DNA of 41,516 nt from Barthelona sp. PAP020 (lineage: Eukaryota). The translations under genes were made by a program, and so were the position numbers. The notes under the pieces are model-generated. The model was not told where the DNA came from, searched no databases, and saw only the letters and a program-made list of their open reading frames with translations. Where the stretch lies: contig JARQWU010000012.1 of NCBI GenBank assembly GCA_040182905.1, positions 1 through 41,516 of the forward strand, given 5' to 3'. Shown in pieces: positions 31,281 to 41,516 of this stretch (positions within the stretch are counted from its first letter, which is position 1; each line of letters begins with the position of its first letter).

Positions 31281-31556
31281 TCATTCGGCAGAAGATTGAG
31301 TTGAGGAAAAACTATTGAGTTCCGAAACTAAAACATCTTCATGTGTTCCATCAGGTAAATACCTTCTGATTATCATTTTGATTTGTTGTCTACTTAATTC
31401 TTCTTCAGCTATTTTAATAGGATCAATTTCTTCGGTACTTAATCCAATTTGTGCATTCATAGCAATTTGTTGAGCTCGAGCCCCAATAACACGAGCCTTT
31501 TCGTATTTTGTAAGATACTTTGGTGTACGTATGGGCTTATAGTTATTCTCTGTCAT
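31281..31556 (-). CDS. RPB6: RNA polymerase I/II/III shared subunit Rpb6
   Basis: T.KYLTKYEKARVIGARAQQIAMNA, DPIKIA.EEL, IIRRYLPDG..ED. Confidence 0.96.
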   Translation of the reverse strand: MTENNYKPIRTPKYLTKYEKARVIGARAQQIAMNAQIGLSTEEIDPIKIAEEELSRQQIKMIIRRYLPDGTHEDVLVSELNSFSSTQSSAE

Positions 31557-31946
31557 TAATATTCACTATTTAAACGAAAAAATGTATTTGGAAAACAAAT
31601 TTTATTCAATTAAACCACATTGTTCATCAATAAAACACTTTAAATTTTTTAGTACTCTAATAATAAGAAAGGAATTTTAGCTTTGATTTTGTTTCACAAA
31701 AACGAATACCATCTGCCTATCTTTCAAATAAAAGAGTTTTGTCCTAAAAAATGAAACATTATCAATATTAGATAATGAAACAGTATACAAATGGTTTGGA
31801 TAGACCATTTGATTTTTTTTTTATCAATTTTGCGTGTTTTGATTATAAAACTCATAAAATTATTGATCAATTAATCAGTAACATAAATAACAATTTTGAT
31901 CAAAAGAAATTTTTTCCAAGATAAACACTTTATATTTATTTTTCCA

Positions 31947-32212
31947 ATGGATTCTTTAACATTGTTCATAATTATTGGGGCAGTAGTTCTTATCTTATTA
32001 TTCTTCTTGTCAAAATCCATCGTAGTTGTATATTTATTCAATAATATTAAAATGTCTAATTTTTTAGGTACATCAAGCTGAAGCTATGATTATTGAACGT
32101 TTTGGGAAGTTCCAAAAAGTTTTAGATTCGGGAATTAATTTTATTGTTCCATTTTTTGATTCACCTCGTTCTACCACATGGACTGATACCGGTTTCACTC
32201 CTGGTGGTCATA
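31947..32212 (+). CDS. SPFH/stomatin-like protein, 5' part (exons 31947-32027 and 32068-gap)
   Basis: TM helix, then SIVVV/HQAEAMIIERFGKF.KVL.SG.NF.VPF.D; runs into the N gap. Confidence 0.88.
32028..32067 (+). other. 40-nt spliceosomal intron in the SPFH gene
   Basis: GTATAT...GTCTAATTTTTTAG; removal restores the frame. Confidence 0.88.
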
Positions 32213-32222
32213 NNNNNNNNNN
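32213..32222. other. Assembly gap (10 N)
   Basis: Different genes lie on either side, so the true gap is much larger than 10 bp or the join is wrong. Confidence 0.95.
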
Positions 32223-32678
32223 AATGGAGAACCTTTGAGTAAGAAAGCCTTAAAGAAATGGCAAAAACAAGTTATGATTGAAAGAAAGAAAAATTCCAAA
32301 AATGCAAGTTCTTCTGGAAGATTTGATTCCAGAACACAAGGAAAATTCATGGTTGTTGCTGATTTTGAATTAAATGAAGAGATTATGGTCAGTTATTTCG
32401 TTCGTTTGTTGACTTCTAGAATTCAAAAATTACGTCAAAATGCTAAATTAACCCCTATTGATGCTATTAAAGTTTATTTCACATTTGAATCCTTTGAAAA
32501 CACTGAAGAAGATTTTGTCAATGAAGATACAATGAACAAGGTTTTGGCAGGATTAAGTGAAGTTGAAAAAATCGTTGGAGGTGAAATTGTTGTGAATCAA
32601 ATAATTGATAATTTGTTGGCTCGAGATGAAGATATGCTCGCAGATCGTAAGACTTATTTGGGATTGATGAAATTATGA
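32223..32678 (+). CDS. 3' end of an aminoacyl-tRNA synthetase-like gene (IleRS C-terminal-type domain), partial
   Basis: Frame is open from the gap: NGEPLSKKALKKWQK, then VVADFELNEE......R....RIQKLR..AKL.P.D.I.VY as in eukaryotic IleRS C-termini. Confidence 0.7.
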   Translation, partial: NGEPLSKKALKKWQKQVMIERKKNSKNASSSGRFDSRTQGKFMVVADFELNEEIMVSYFVRLLTSRIQKLRQNAKLTPIDAIKVYFTFESFENTEEDFVNEDTMNKVLAGLSEVEKIVGGEIVVNQIIDNLLARDEDMLADRKTYLGLMKL

Positions 32679-32752
32679 TAATGAGTCGTAAAAATAAAAG
32701 GTAATTGTGTTTTATTTTTTAACGTGTTTTTCCTTTGTACGAAACGTTTTCT

Positions 32753-33095
32753 AAAACTTTCCAAACTTGAGAACCTGCACCTCATGTGATTCGATAAAAA
32801 TAAACCATTATTTTTATTGGGGGAGGGAGGGGGGTTATGTTTCTTTCAGAACCTCTCATTCTTAACTCTTTATTTCATAGACTGTCCAGCTGAGAGTGCT
32901 GTTCTATGGGATGTGTGAAAATACTGTCGGACTAATTGTTCAAAAGAGCCGGAAGGTTCGATATTCTTGTAATTTATCTTATATACACAAGGTTTCTTGC
33001 GCTTCACTTGTAAATGGTCAAAAATTTTGGAGAAAATGATGATAAAGTTTCGTATTTAAGGAAAATAGCAAGAACAGAAAATTTCAATTTTGCAA
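32753..33095 (+). repeat. Diverged ~300-nt element, copy 2 (extra ~70 nt internally), upstream of the 33272 gene
   Basis: Same ordered blocks as 21331-21605. Confidence 0.75.
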
Positions 33096-33271
33096 AAACA
33101 ATCGCCTCATAGACAACTCTCTTTTTTTTTTTACGTTTTCAAAGGTTCAATATTATAATAAATATGTTTAATGACTGAATAGTATGGAAATGAAAGTGTC
33201 ATAACAAAAAAAGATTTTATCTTGGAAGCAATCAAATTGAAAATCATTTTCATTCTTTGTTTTTGAACTAA

Positions 33272-34879
33272 ATGAAGGGAAAAAATTTCCTTATTGCATT
33301 AGGATTCCTTTTATGTTACTTTATTAGCGGTTTTTGTGAGACATTGTTTCAACCAGATGGTACGATTTACTTATCGGAAACTGCAACAAATTTATACACT
33401 GATTTTTCTTTCTCATCGTCAAAAATGTTGTTAGTTGGGGATGAAAATTTATTGGTTTATCATTCAAGAAGAAAAACTAACTATTCATATGAATCAAAGT
33501 TAGGATTTCGTGTGATAGATATGAACCAATCAACACCTGTTTCAAATTGCCATCATTATGATTCGTATGAAATTTTGAATGTTGCTCCCGTGGTCTCTAG
33601 CAAGTACCAAAAATTTGCTTTTTTTGGACGGGATCAAATCTCAAAGGACGTTTATGTTGTAATTTATGAAACAAATTATTCCTCTGATCAAGAATGTAGG
33701 CATGTAAAATCAATAAAGATGGAATCTCGTTTCTATTTCAGTTCAGGTTCATTGAGTTTTGTTGACAATATCATATATGGGTCTGTTTCATCTAGTTATT
33801 TTAGTGGTACATATGTTTTTGGCTTTAATGTGGAAACCGATAGCTTCATATATGAAAAGGATGATTACTACGTCGGAACGTTTGACTTCAAGGACCATTA
33901 TATGTTTTATACAGTAAATGCTGCGCTTAAAATCCGTGTTTTTAATGGTTCACTTACCAAAGATTATTCTTTAGACGGTTATGATGCATTCACTTGTAAT
34001 ACTGGAAGTTGGGTGGATGGATACTTTATTGTTTACTGTGAGAATTATGGAAACAACAAATTGGTTCTGTTTCTTGAGGAAAGCAACTCAAAGCTCTTGG
34101 TGAAGAAGCAAGTCTCTTTGGACAATTACAACTTCCTATTGCCATCCCCTTCGCTTGCTGTTGGACATAATTGGTTTAGTGTGTGTGATGTTGAAGCTGA
34201 TACATACATTAGATATGAATCATATGTTGATCCAGGTCTGGTCCTCAAGTACTCGTTGAACACAGGTTCTGAATATATCGTCTCTGGTGATCCCCACAAT
34301 TATGAGCGTTTTGGTGTTGCTACACTTGTGACTAGCAGATACACTGCATATTTCTCATTATTTTTGGATGATTATGGGCACTTTATTGGTGATAATGTTC
34401 CTAAGATTGGAATTAAATTTGTCACCACGCAAATGCCGTCAGTACGACCCGTTCCTCCTTTATTACCTGTTGAACCAACAGTATCAACCTTTATATTCAA
34501 TAATTTACCTCAAATACTTGTCATTTTTGTTCTATCTTTAACTGTAGGTTGTTGTTTGACAATTTGTTGTTGTGGCAGGAAGAGAAAAAATCAAAATCTG
34601 CCGCAATATTCTCATCAACCTCAACCTCAACCTCATGATCAATCTCAATCTGATTTATATGCACATCAGGCAAATCAAGTGCCATATGTTCCTCAGTTTG
34701 ATAGAGGGTCAATGTATCAGGACAACACCCAACATTTTGGTTTTGACAATTTTGAACCAGTTCCTGCCACCAACTCATCAACTTTCAATCAACAACCACA
34801 AATGCAAGTTGATAATGACGACATGCAGAACTTTGTTTATTCGCCACCTCAATACATGCCCAATGACACTTTTTATTGA
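33272..34879 (+). CDS. Type I membrane/surface protein
   Basis: Signal peptide, beta-rich aromatic ectodomain, Pro-rich stalk, TM helix, CCLTICCC-GRKRK, Q/P/Y-rich tail. Confidence 0.85.
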   Translation: MKGKNFLIALGFLLCYFISGFCETLFQPDGTIYLSETATNLYTDFSFSSSKMLLVGDENLLVYHSRRKTNYSYESKLGFRVIDMNQSTPVSNCHHYDSYEILNVAPVVSSKYQKFAFFGRDQISKDVYVVIYETNYSSDQECRHVKSIKMESRFYFSSGSLSFVDNIIYGSVSSSYFSGTYVFGFNVETDSFIYEKDDYYVGTFDFKDHYMFYTVNAALKIRVFNGSLTKDYSLDGYDAFTCNTGSWVDGYFIVYCENYGNNKLVLFLEESNSKLLVKKQVSLDNYNFLLPSPSLAVGHNWFSVCDVEADTYIRYESYVDPGLVLKYSLNTGSEYIVSGDPHNYERFGVATLVTSRYTAYFSLFLDDYGHFIGDNVPKIGIKFVTTQMPSVRPVPPLLPVEPTVSTFIFNNLPQILVIFVLSLTVGCCLTICCCGRKRKNQNLPQYSHQPQPQPHDQSQSDLYAHQANQVPYVPQFDRGSMYQDNTQHFGFDNFEPVPATNSSTFNQQPQMQVDNDDMQNFVYSPPQYMPNDTFY

Positions 34880-35299
34880 AGTTAAAGTTATTTTGTTTTT
34901 ACTGCTTTCAAATAATTTCTGTTTTTTTTTATACTCTGCAAAGCAAGTTTTTGCATTAAAAACAATGGATTTTGTGCAAAATGCAATGTAAATATGTTTA
35001 TAGGTTTTTATTACGGTTTCTATGATGTGAAAAGGAAGGAAGGAAAAAAGCATTGCACTTTCTTTGAATCCCCAGTCCATTTATTCCAAGAAGATTTCTT
35101 CTTGTGTGTTTTTTTGGAAAAATGGACAGATTTTAGGCAAAAGACAATATAAATGTGTTTAAGATGTTTTTTTGCAATTTTTGACATAAATGGGCGGCAA
35201 AACTGAAATGCTCAAGCACCAACATGAAATTGTTAAAATTGTATGATGAAGAATGTAAGTGAATAGAATAATTTAGCAAAGATTATTCAAAAAAAAATT

Positions 35300-37270
35300 T
35301 CAGCAGTAAATAACATTTATGAACCAAATAGAATAACAGAAAGTGAATTCATTAAAATATGAAGGCTGTCAGCTCATAACCGTTTGGCATGAGCTTATAG
35401 GCATTGTTAAAGGAGGTGCTGTGTACAGAGCGATACCAGCAATAAAAAGAAACACCAGACAAAGGACTGTTTAATAGCAATTTCTATTTATATGAACAGT
35501 GGATGTAGAAGCTCTTCTCAGGAGTTAAATTTAAGGAGACCATAAAAGAAAATGCCAATGATCGATTCCTTTATAAGAAAGTGGTTTCAACTCATAATGG
35601 CCTGATGGGTGGTCAAATTTCAAAGACAAATTACCACCACAAGAAATTGGTGGGCAGAAGCTCTGTTACAAATCATTAAGCAGGTAACTGACTGTTTTCT
35701 CGACTCTGAGCTGGAAATGTGCTCCTCAAAGTCTAAAATTTAGGCTTCTTTCCTGTGTTAGTTTTGATTTCACCGTACAAAATATTATACCAAAACCCAA
35801 TTCTCATAAAAAAAAAGACTAACAATTGTTTTTGTTAAACCCTTAAAAAAAAGGAGAGGAAAGAAATCTCACTGGCGAGTTGCTTCCTCTAATGGATTAC
35901 AAGATAGAGAAGTATGTCACCATACGCTATAATATTGAAAGAACACCGTGAGGAGAAGGATATTCAGCAATGGGTCAAAACGAAAGCCAAAAGCTTGATC
36001 AACCTGAACGGACAAGAAGAGATTGGCATTCAGGAAAAGAGGAGGAAATAAATTGGAGGAAATTGTAATCACAATGACAGAAGACTTAAAAGAATACACA
36101 AGAAAAGACTGGGGCAACCTGTCAAAAAAGTGACTTGCATAATAGCAATTAGAGTTGATAAAGAGAAAAGCTATTGAACATGGGTGACCTGAGCAAAATT
36201 TTACAGCACGTTGACGAATAGTCATGTCGAAAACAGAACTTACTTCAGAACAACCTTCTTATCGGACACCAAAAGATGCTTCTCCTGGGAATTTTCCTAG
36301 TCTTTGGACTTCAGAATCTTTTAATCGACAATGGTCTTTTGCTAGGATAGTAGTGAGCCATTCTCGCTGTTTGAGTGCAGTTTCTTCGGCTGGAGAAACT
36401 ATGTCAGAGCTAGAGTTTGGAGTTACACGACCCGATCAAATTGATACTGAAGAGATTCTCAAGAATGATGGCTCAACTCATAATTTAGCCCAAGTCAGGT
36501 GTGGCCATCTATGGAACGAGCGGTTAATTTTGGATATGGAGTTTAAAGATAAAAAAAGATACTCTAATGCGCTCCGATTCCTCTGGAGAGATAATGAACC
36601 AATTAGATTCCGTTGGATTTCAAGGAACAACCCATCAGAATTTTGTATCACTCATCTTAGATCTGTTAAAACAGTGCATAGCATGCTATCCAAGTGCAGT
36701 TATTAACCTCACTTTTGAAAAAGGTGAGCAAAATGGACACAAAATCTTCATACACTCGTCCTCAATGATCGTGAAGAGAACTTTCAACTCTGCACACCAA
36801 AATCATTCTTTGATGTTGTAGAACATTACTTCAACAAAAGGGTACATTCAAAGGGGATAGAAAAAAGCTGTTATTCGCTTCCGGATTTTTGAAGATTCAC
36901 GTGATACAGATACACAACACATATACTCTGTGCCACTTGTCCAACAAACATGCACTCGGTACAGCAAGTATGGATTGTTGAATGCCATCTGTGTTAGCAA
37001 ATCGCTAAACAACAAAGCTTTTTGTGTACTATGTTCAACACTTCCGAAAAATCTTGCCATTTCAGAAGAACAACTCAAACATTGTGCGGTTGTTTCTCCT
37101 TAAGCTCGTATTACGTTTTATCTACTTGATGATTCATACATTCACAAACTTTGGGGCTTGAGAGTTGCTGAAGAACGATATCTGTATTTAACAGGCAGCC
37201 ACTTGAATAGTGAGTACCTTTGGAATCTTCCAGCACTGTACCTTCAAAAAGGTGGACCCTGGGTTGTTCA
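35300..37270 (+). pseudogene. Heavily decayed coding DNA, probably derived from a mobile element
   Basis: Less AT-rich than intergenic DNA; successive broken + strand frames, some with CxxC pairs (CATC, CHLC, CVLC); abuts the RT. Confidence 0.4.
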
Positions 37271-38178
37271 TTACTGACCTTGATATTATACGAAAAGCTT
37301 CCATAACTGGAATTACTCCAACAATCAGTGCAGAAGAAGTTCTCTCTGCAATAAAAACTATTGAATCACATGAAACGCTTGATGTGTTTGGCTGGAATGT
37401 AATGTTATTACAAGCTGCATGTCAAAATAAAACGTTTAAAATATTATTTACGGATTATATTCAACAAATTGTTGAAGGAAAAATTCCAGACCAACTCAGA
37501 ATTGGAAAATTGATCCCATTACGTAAAGACAAGGGTATTAGACTCATTGTTGTTGGATCATTATTCCTAAAAATTGCTGAAAAGGTGGTATTTTCAAGAA
37601 TAAAAATGAGTTGTCTGAACAAAATCAATTCATTCCAATATGGTGTTGGAATCAAGCATGGGTGTGCAGTTATCACTGAAAATGTGAGAAAACTGATAAA
37701 AACACACTCAGTTGTAAGTTTAGATTTTACAAACGCTTACAACACAGTAAAAAGAAATGCTTGTTTACCTAATTGGGTAGAATTGAATGAGTTTCGTCCA
37801 TTTTTGGATTGTTTATTAAGTAAACACACCATTGCAAAATATGGAAAATATAATTTCAAAATGGGTAGTGGTGTACCTCAAGGAGGTGCATTAAGTCCTT
37901 TATTATTTTCTATTGCTATGCATAAAGTGTTAGATTTATTAAATAAACAATTTAAAGATATCAAAATTTTTGCATATCTTGATGACGTATATTTAGTTAT
38001 CAAACCTGGTTTTTCTGGTAATATAAACGATATTTATAAATCAGTTGAACAATTTAGTGAACCAATAGGTTTGAAATTAAATAAATCAAAATGCAAAATT
38101 TTAAAAAGTGTTGATTCTGTTCTTGGAACTCCTATTCATTCATGCTTAACTCCAAAGAAACAATCTAAATATACTTAA
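37210..38178 (+). mobile_element. Non-LTR retrotransposon reverse transcriptase domain (CRE/RLE-like), truncated
   Basis: ISAEEVLSAI, LIPLRK.KGIRLI, QYGVG, SLDFTNAYN, GVPQGGALSPLLF, AYLDD, GLKLNKSKC, VLGTPI; stops right after the palm domain. Confidence 0.92.
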
Positions 38179-38619
38179 ATTTTTGCAAACATAAAAATGT
38201 CCTTTGAAAAAAAAATAGACATAAATAAATTACATATATATTGTTCACATCTTTGAAAGAAGAAAAATCACATTTTAATCAATAATGAAAAACTTATGTT
38301 ATTAAATAAACAAATATCAAATAAAAGATCAAAAGAGAATAACATTGATGAATTAAAGGTGAGGAAGTTGAAAAAAATACTTCAAAGAACAATTCTTTTT
38401 TGCATTTTTTTTCTCAAAATAATTTAAATTTTTCATTTTCAGAACCTTTTTTTGTACAAATGATTTTCAAATTATAAATAAAAGCATAATAAGACGAATT
38501 TAGTCAAATTGTTACTTTATAAGGGTTAAATTCTTCATTGTTGTAAAAATAATAAATTTCAAAAATAAAAAAACTCCATTTTACCATAAATCTCTCAAAT
38601 ACAAATGGAAAAACGCACT

Positions 38620-39198
38620 TTATAAATCATCAGCAATCACAATTCCTAATGATGAATTTCTTGCTTTCCTATGTACCATATATTTTGCGGATCTAGAAGT
38701 CGAAGTTAAATAATGAAGATAATAAATCGTACCCAGAACAATCAACAGCACAAAAAAAAATTTAAAAAAATTGGTGATTTTCAGAAAAAAAGAACTTGAC
38801 TGTGACGACAAATAGTTTAGTTCAGAAAGAACACAATCAATTGATTTGATAACAACATCAAAATGAGATTGAATGTTTTGCAAACTTTTCTTCAGATTGT
38901 TATTTGTGCCTAAATTATTAATAATTGTGGTATTAATCAATTTACATTGCTTTAAATTAAAAATACAATGTTTGGAAAGATTTTTTGAAACAATGGCTTT
39001 TTGTTCTGTTCCAATAACACAATAATCTCTTATAACAGAACTTAAAGTATTCAAATCATTTAAAACTTTTTCCAAATTGTCAACAAAATTATCTATTTGA
39101 GATTCATTTTGAAAACTATTAATTAATTCATCAAACAAGGTTTGCAACAGCTTTGCTTCAACTATATAACCATCGACAGTTTCTGGAAGATCATTCAT
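38620..39198 (-). CDS. Helical/coiled-coil protein with a C-terminal TM segment (SNARE-like topology)
   Basis: 192-aa ORF; FFKFFFVLLIVLGTIYYL near the C-terminus. Confidence 0.65.
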   Translation of the reverse strand: MNDLPETVDGYIVEAKLLQTLFDELINSFQNESQIDNFVDNLEKVLNDLNTLSSVIRDYCVIGTEQKAIVSKNLSKHCIFNLKQCKLINTTIINNLGTNNNLKKSLQNIQSHFDVVIKSIDCVLSELNYLSSQSSSFFLKITNFFKFFFVLLIVLGTIYYLHYLTSTSRSAKYMVHRKARNSSLGIVIADDL

Positions 39199-39725
39199 TA
39201 ACTACAAAAAATATTGTTAGCGGTTCAAACCAATGGCAAACAATGAAAAGAGTATGTGCAATGAAAAATTTAATCTTACGAAAGAATAATAGGGAAAAGA
39301 AAACCAACTAAACTGCTTTTAAAAACATTTGCTAATGTGATTCATTAACTGTGCTCGCATTATACAATCAATTCATCCCTAATGTAGAACTAGTGTTACA
39401 AGATAATTTTTTGGATTATGTCTCAAATTTGAAATGGTTTAGAAGATGATTACACAACCAAATGAAAAAAGAACATTATTTGCACAAAAATAAAGTCTCT
39501 ATATCCTCAAATGATTCGGTTAACACAGAAACAAATTCAAAAAAGTGTCTCAAATTCCTTTAATCATCAAAGAAAAGAAAATTAAAGGCAATAACTAGAC
39601 AATAAGAAATAGCATAGTAAGTTTCAAGAAGCTTCAAAACTGTTTATGAAAGAAATCAAGAGTCCATTTTAAAATGACGCTTTGAGACATTGTCGAATTG
39701 ATTAATGATCATCAATATCATCATC

Positions 39726-40290
39726 CTAATAACTGCCATTGCTTTGCTCACTTATAGATGAGTACATGTTAGCACCATTTATCTCTTTGAAGTTGACGAA
39801 GTCCCAGCATATATCAATAATCATATTGTATTCTTCTTGATTCATGGAAATACCAACAGCTACCAATTGTCTTACAACTTGAGTATCAATGTTCAAAACG
39901 ATGAGATTCGATAACAAACTACCATCCTTTGCTAATTTAATGAGTTCTTTTTGATGTGAGTTGTCATATTCAATGACAATTGAATAAACCTTGAGTGTGT
40001 TATTGGCACATTTTTCACACAATATACGTGTCTTGTCAAATGATATTGCAGAGGAAAAAGATACATTGAATTTAAACCAATCTCAACAAACCTTTTGAAT
40101 TTGCTGAGAGCTATCCAAATTGTAAAGTGTAATCCATCCATCTTTAGATATAACAAGTTGGATTTTAGGAATTAGGAAATGAAGAGGCCACCACCAGATT
40201 ATTAAATGTGTGAATAAATAACCGTTCTCCATATTCGGTAGTTTAACATTGGCTGCGCAATCACCAACAGCTATGACACTCTATTTTGAT
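39726..40290 (-). pseudogene. Decayed gene fragment with a WD40-like segment
   Basis: Broken frames VISKDGWITLYNLDSSQQIQKVC*DWF... followed by the 39726-40022 ORF. Confidence 0.35.
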
Positions 40291-40569
40291 CAAATGTTTC
40301 AACAACAAAATTATTATCAGAGTCAACCAAATAAGCAATTGAATCAATAGAAATTAAAAAATATTTGTATTTGTGATCTGTTGAGAGCTTTATTTGTTTC
40401 ATTATTGATTTTCTTCCATAATATGTTGTGATGTGTCTTATTTTCAATTTAAATGAACATAGTGAGACTCAAATAATTTGTTAAAACTTTAAATTTATCA
40501 AATAAAGAATGATCAATTTTTCCAGGTCTCACAGTATTGAGGGCATATGCAAATAAAAAAAAAAAGAAT

Positions 40570-40800
40570 AGTGTTTATTTGGTTAAAGGCTTTTGAGTCC
40601 CGATTGATCTGTTGAAAAACTTTAGATTTTTTAAGGTAAAGTTTAAACTTTAAAATTTTGCTTTTGCAAAAATGCAAAAAAATAGGAATGAGGAATTTCT
40701 CCGAAATTCTTACTTGATCGTTCAAATTACATTTCAGTCCCTCAATTCCCTCTTGGGATTTTGACTGAAATTTGCTAGAATGAGTTTTCTGAGTTTACTT
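40570..40800. repeat. Older diverged repeat (A+C contiguous, uninterrupted), inverted relative to 15480-15915
   Basis: Reverse-complement block matches listed under 15480-15915. Confidence 0.6.
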
Positions 40801-40866
40801 TCTTTGTGAATAAATATAGTTGTTTCACAATTGAACCAATTTTTCTTGTTTTTTTTGCAGATAATT

Positions 40867-41081
40867 GATTTATTAGATATTTATGAGGTATGAGTTGTTC
40901 AGTGAACAACGAAACGAGTTAGCTAAAGGTTTGGGAAAAACTCACGTGGATTCAGATGCCCAAGTAACTAAAAAAATTGGACCTAAAGGTGGTCAAGAAA
41001 CAATAAACAAAGGAAGTGATATTTGATGACCTCTTTATATTTCCAATAAATTCCGTTCATTGAGCATGAACTTCCACATTA
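40867..41081 (+). repeat. ~215-nt dispersed repeat (element B), copy 2
   Basis: Inverted near-identical copy of 15619-15833. Confidence 0.95.
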
Positions 41082-41257
41082 AATGAATTTTTACATTTTA
41101 CATTAATTTGTCTTTATTTTTATATGGTCTAATATAATTTTGAATAGTTAATAATTCTTCTTTCAAATAATTTTTAATTATATTTATTTCTAAATTGTTA
41201 CATACATTTTCAATACAATTTTAACAGTGAAATCCACACTTTTAATAATATTTTGTG

Positions 41258-41330
41258 TCCGATATAGTCTACTTGGTTAGGATAGTGGGTTTTCACCCCG
41301 CAGAACCGGGTTCGAATCCCGGTATCGGAG
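41258..41330 (+). tRNA. tRNA-Glu (anticodon UUC)
   Basis: Acceptor stem TCCGATA/TATCGGA, D arm with TGGT, anticodon arm GTGGG-TTTTCAC-CCCGC, T arm CCGGG-TTCGAAT-CCCGG; no intron. Confidence 0.97.
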
Positions 41331-41333
41331 TTG

Positions 41334-41338
41334 TTTTT
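41334..41338 (+). terminator. Pol III terminator (T5) for tRNA-Glu
   Basis: TTTTT run beginning 4 nt after the discriminator base. Confidence 0.75.
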
Positions 41339-41344
41339 AACAAA

Positions 41345-41516
41345 TTTCTCAAAGGGTGAGGATCGAGTCTGTGATATCTGGATTGCACACAAATTCACTT
41401 TAGACGAAAGGGCAAAATTTCACTCGACAAAATAATAAACATTTGATAAAAGCTTTTACTGTTCAAGGTTAGAGTTTGGGTTACTTGTCACTGGTCTGTT
41501 GTGCGTAGATTGGTTC
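41345..41516 (+). pseudogene. Decayed coding fragment, same family as 1-290
   Basis: FSKGEDRVCDIWIAHKF...STK**TFDKSFYCSRLEFG; the last 61 nt align with window positions 1-61. Confidence 0.5.

Noticed and set aside
32068..32678. SPFH-synthetase fusion gene
   Set aside because: The two parts are separated by an assembly gap; no evidence of continuity.
36408..36426. LEFGVT match to the window-end repeat family
   Set aside because: Similarity is limited to about 16 nt and the flanks do not align.
40885..40950. Hammerhead ribozyme-like arrangement ATGA-GTTGTTC/GAACAAC-GAAAC in element B
   Set aside because: The core CUGAUGA is GGUAUGA (GGUAUAA in the other copy), and no UH cleavage triplet follows the candidate stem III.
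1..41516. Non-standard genetic code, CRISPR array, rRNA or prokaryotic operon
   Set aside because: TAA, TAG and TGA all end conserved genes at expected positions. No spaced repeat array or rRNA motifs were seen. Genes are eukaryotic, with spliceosomal introns.

Overview
AT-rich, gene-dense, intron-poor DNA from a microbial eukaryote using the standard genetic code, probably a whole scaffold with one 10-N gap at 32213-32222. Short GTAT...CTAAY-N3/4-TAG introns hint at a metamonad-like protist (inference only). Housekeeping genes: ALG13, RPL4, eIF3b, RPL34 (intron), a frameshifted carnosine N-methyltransferase, beta-tubulin, MPDU1, an ARL6-like GTPase (intron), ZSWIM7, DIM1, POLE2, RPB6, a partial SPFH gene (intron), an IleRS-like C-terminus and tRNA-Glu(UUC). 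Accessory genes: a bacterial-like NADAR/YbiA, a phage/bacterial-type hypothetical protein, an MKT1-like pseudo-PIN protein, a U-box-ankyrin protein and a type I surface protein. There is also a truncated non-LTR reverse transcriptase lying in decayed coding DNA. Several unannotated dispersed repeats were found by eye: a young ~215-nt stem-rich element present twice in inverted orientation, each time in or beside the same older repeat; a ~300-nt element upstream of two accessory genes; and a decayed coding family at both window ends. No complete novel system can be proven from the sequence alone. These repeats and the CARNMT1 frameshift are the best leads.
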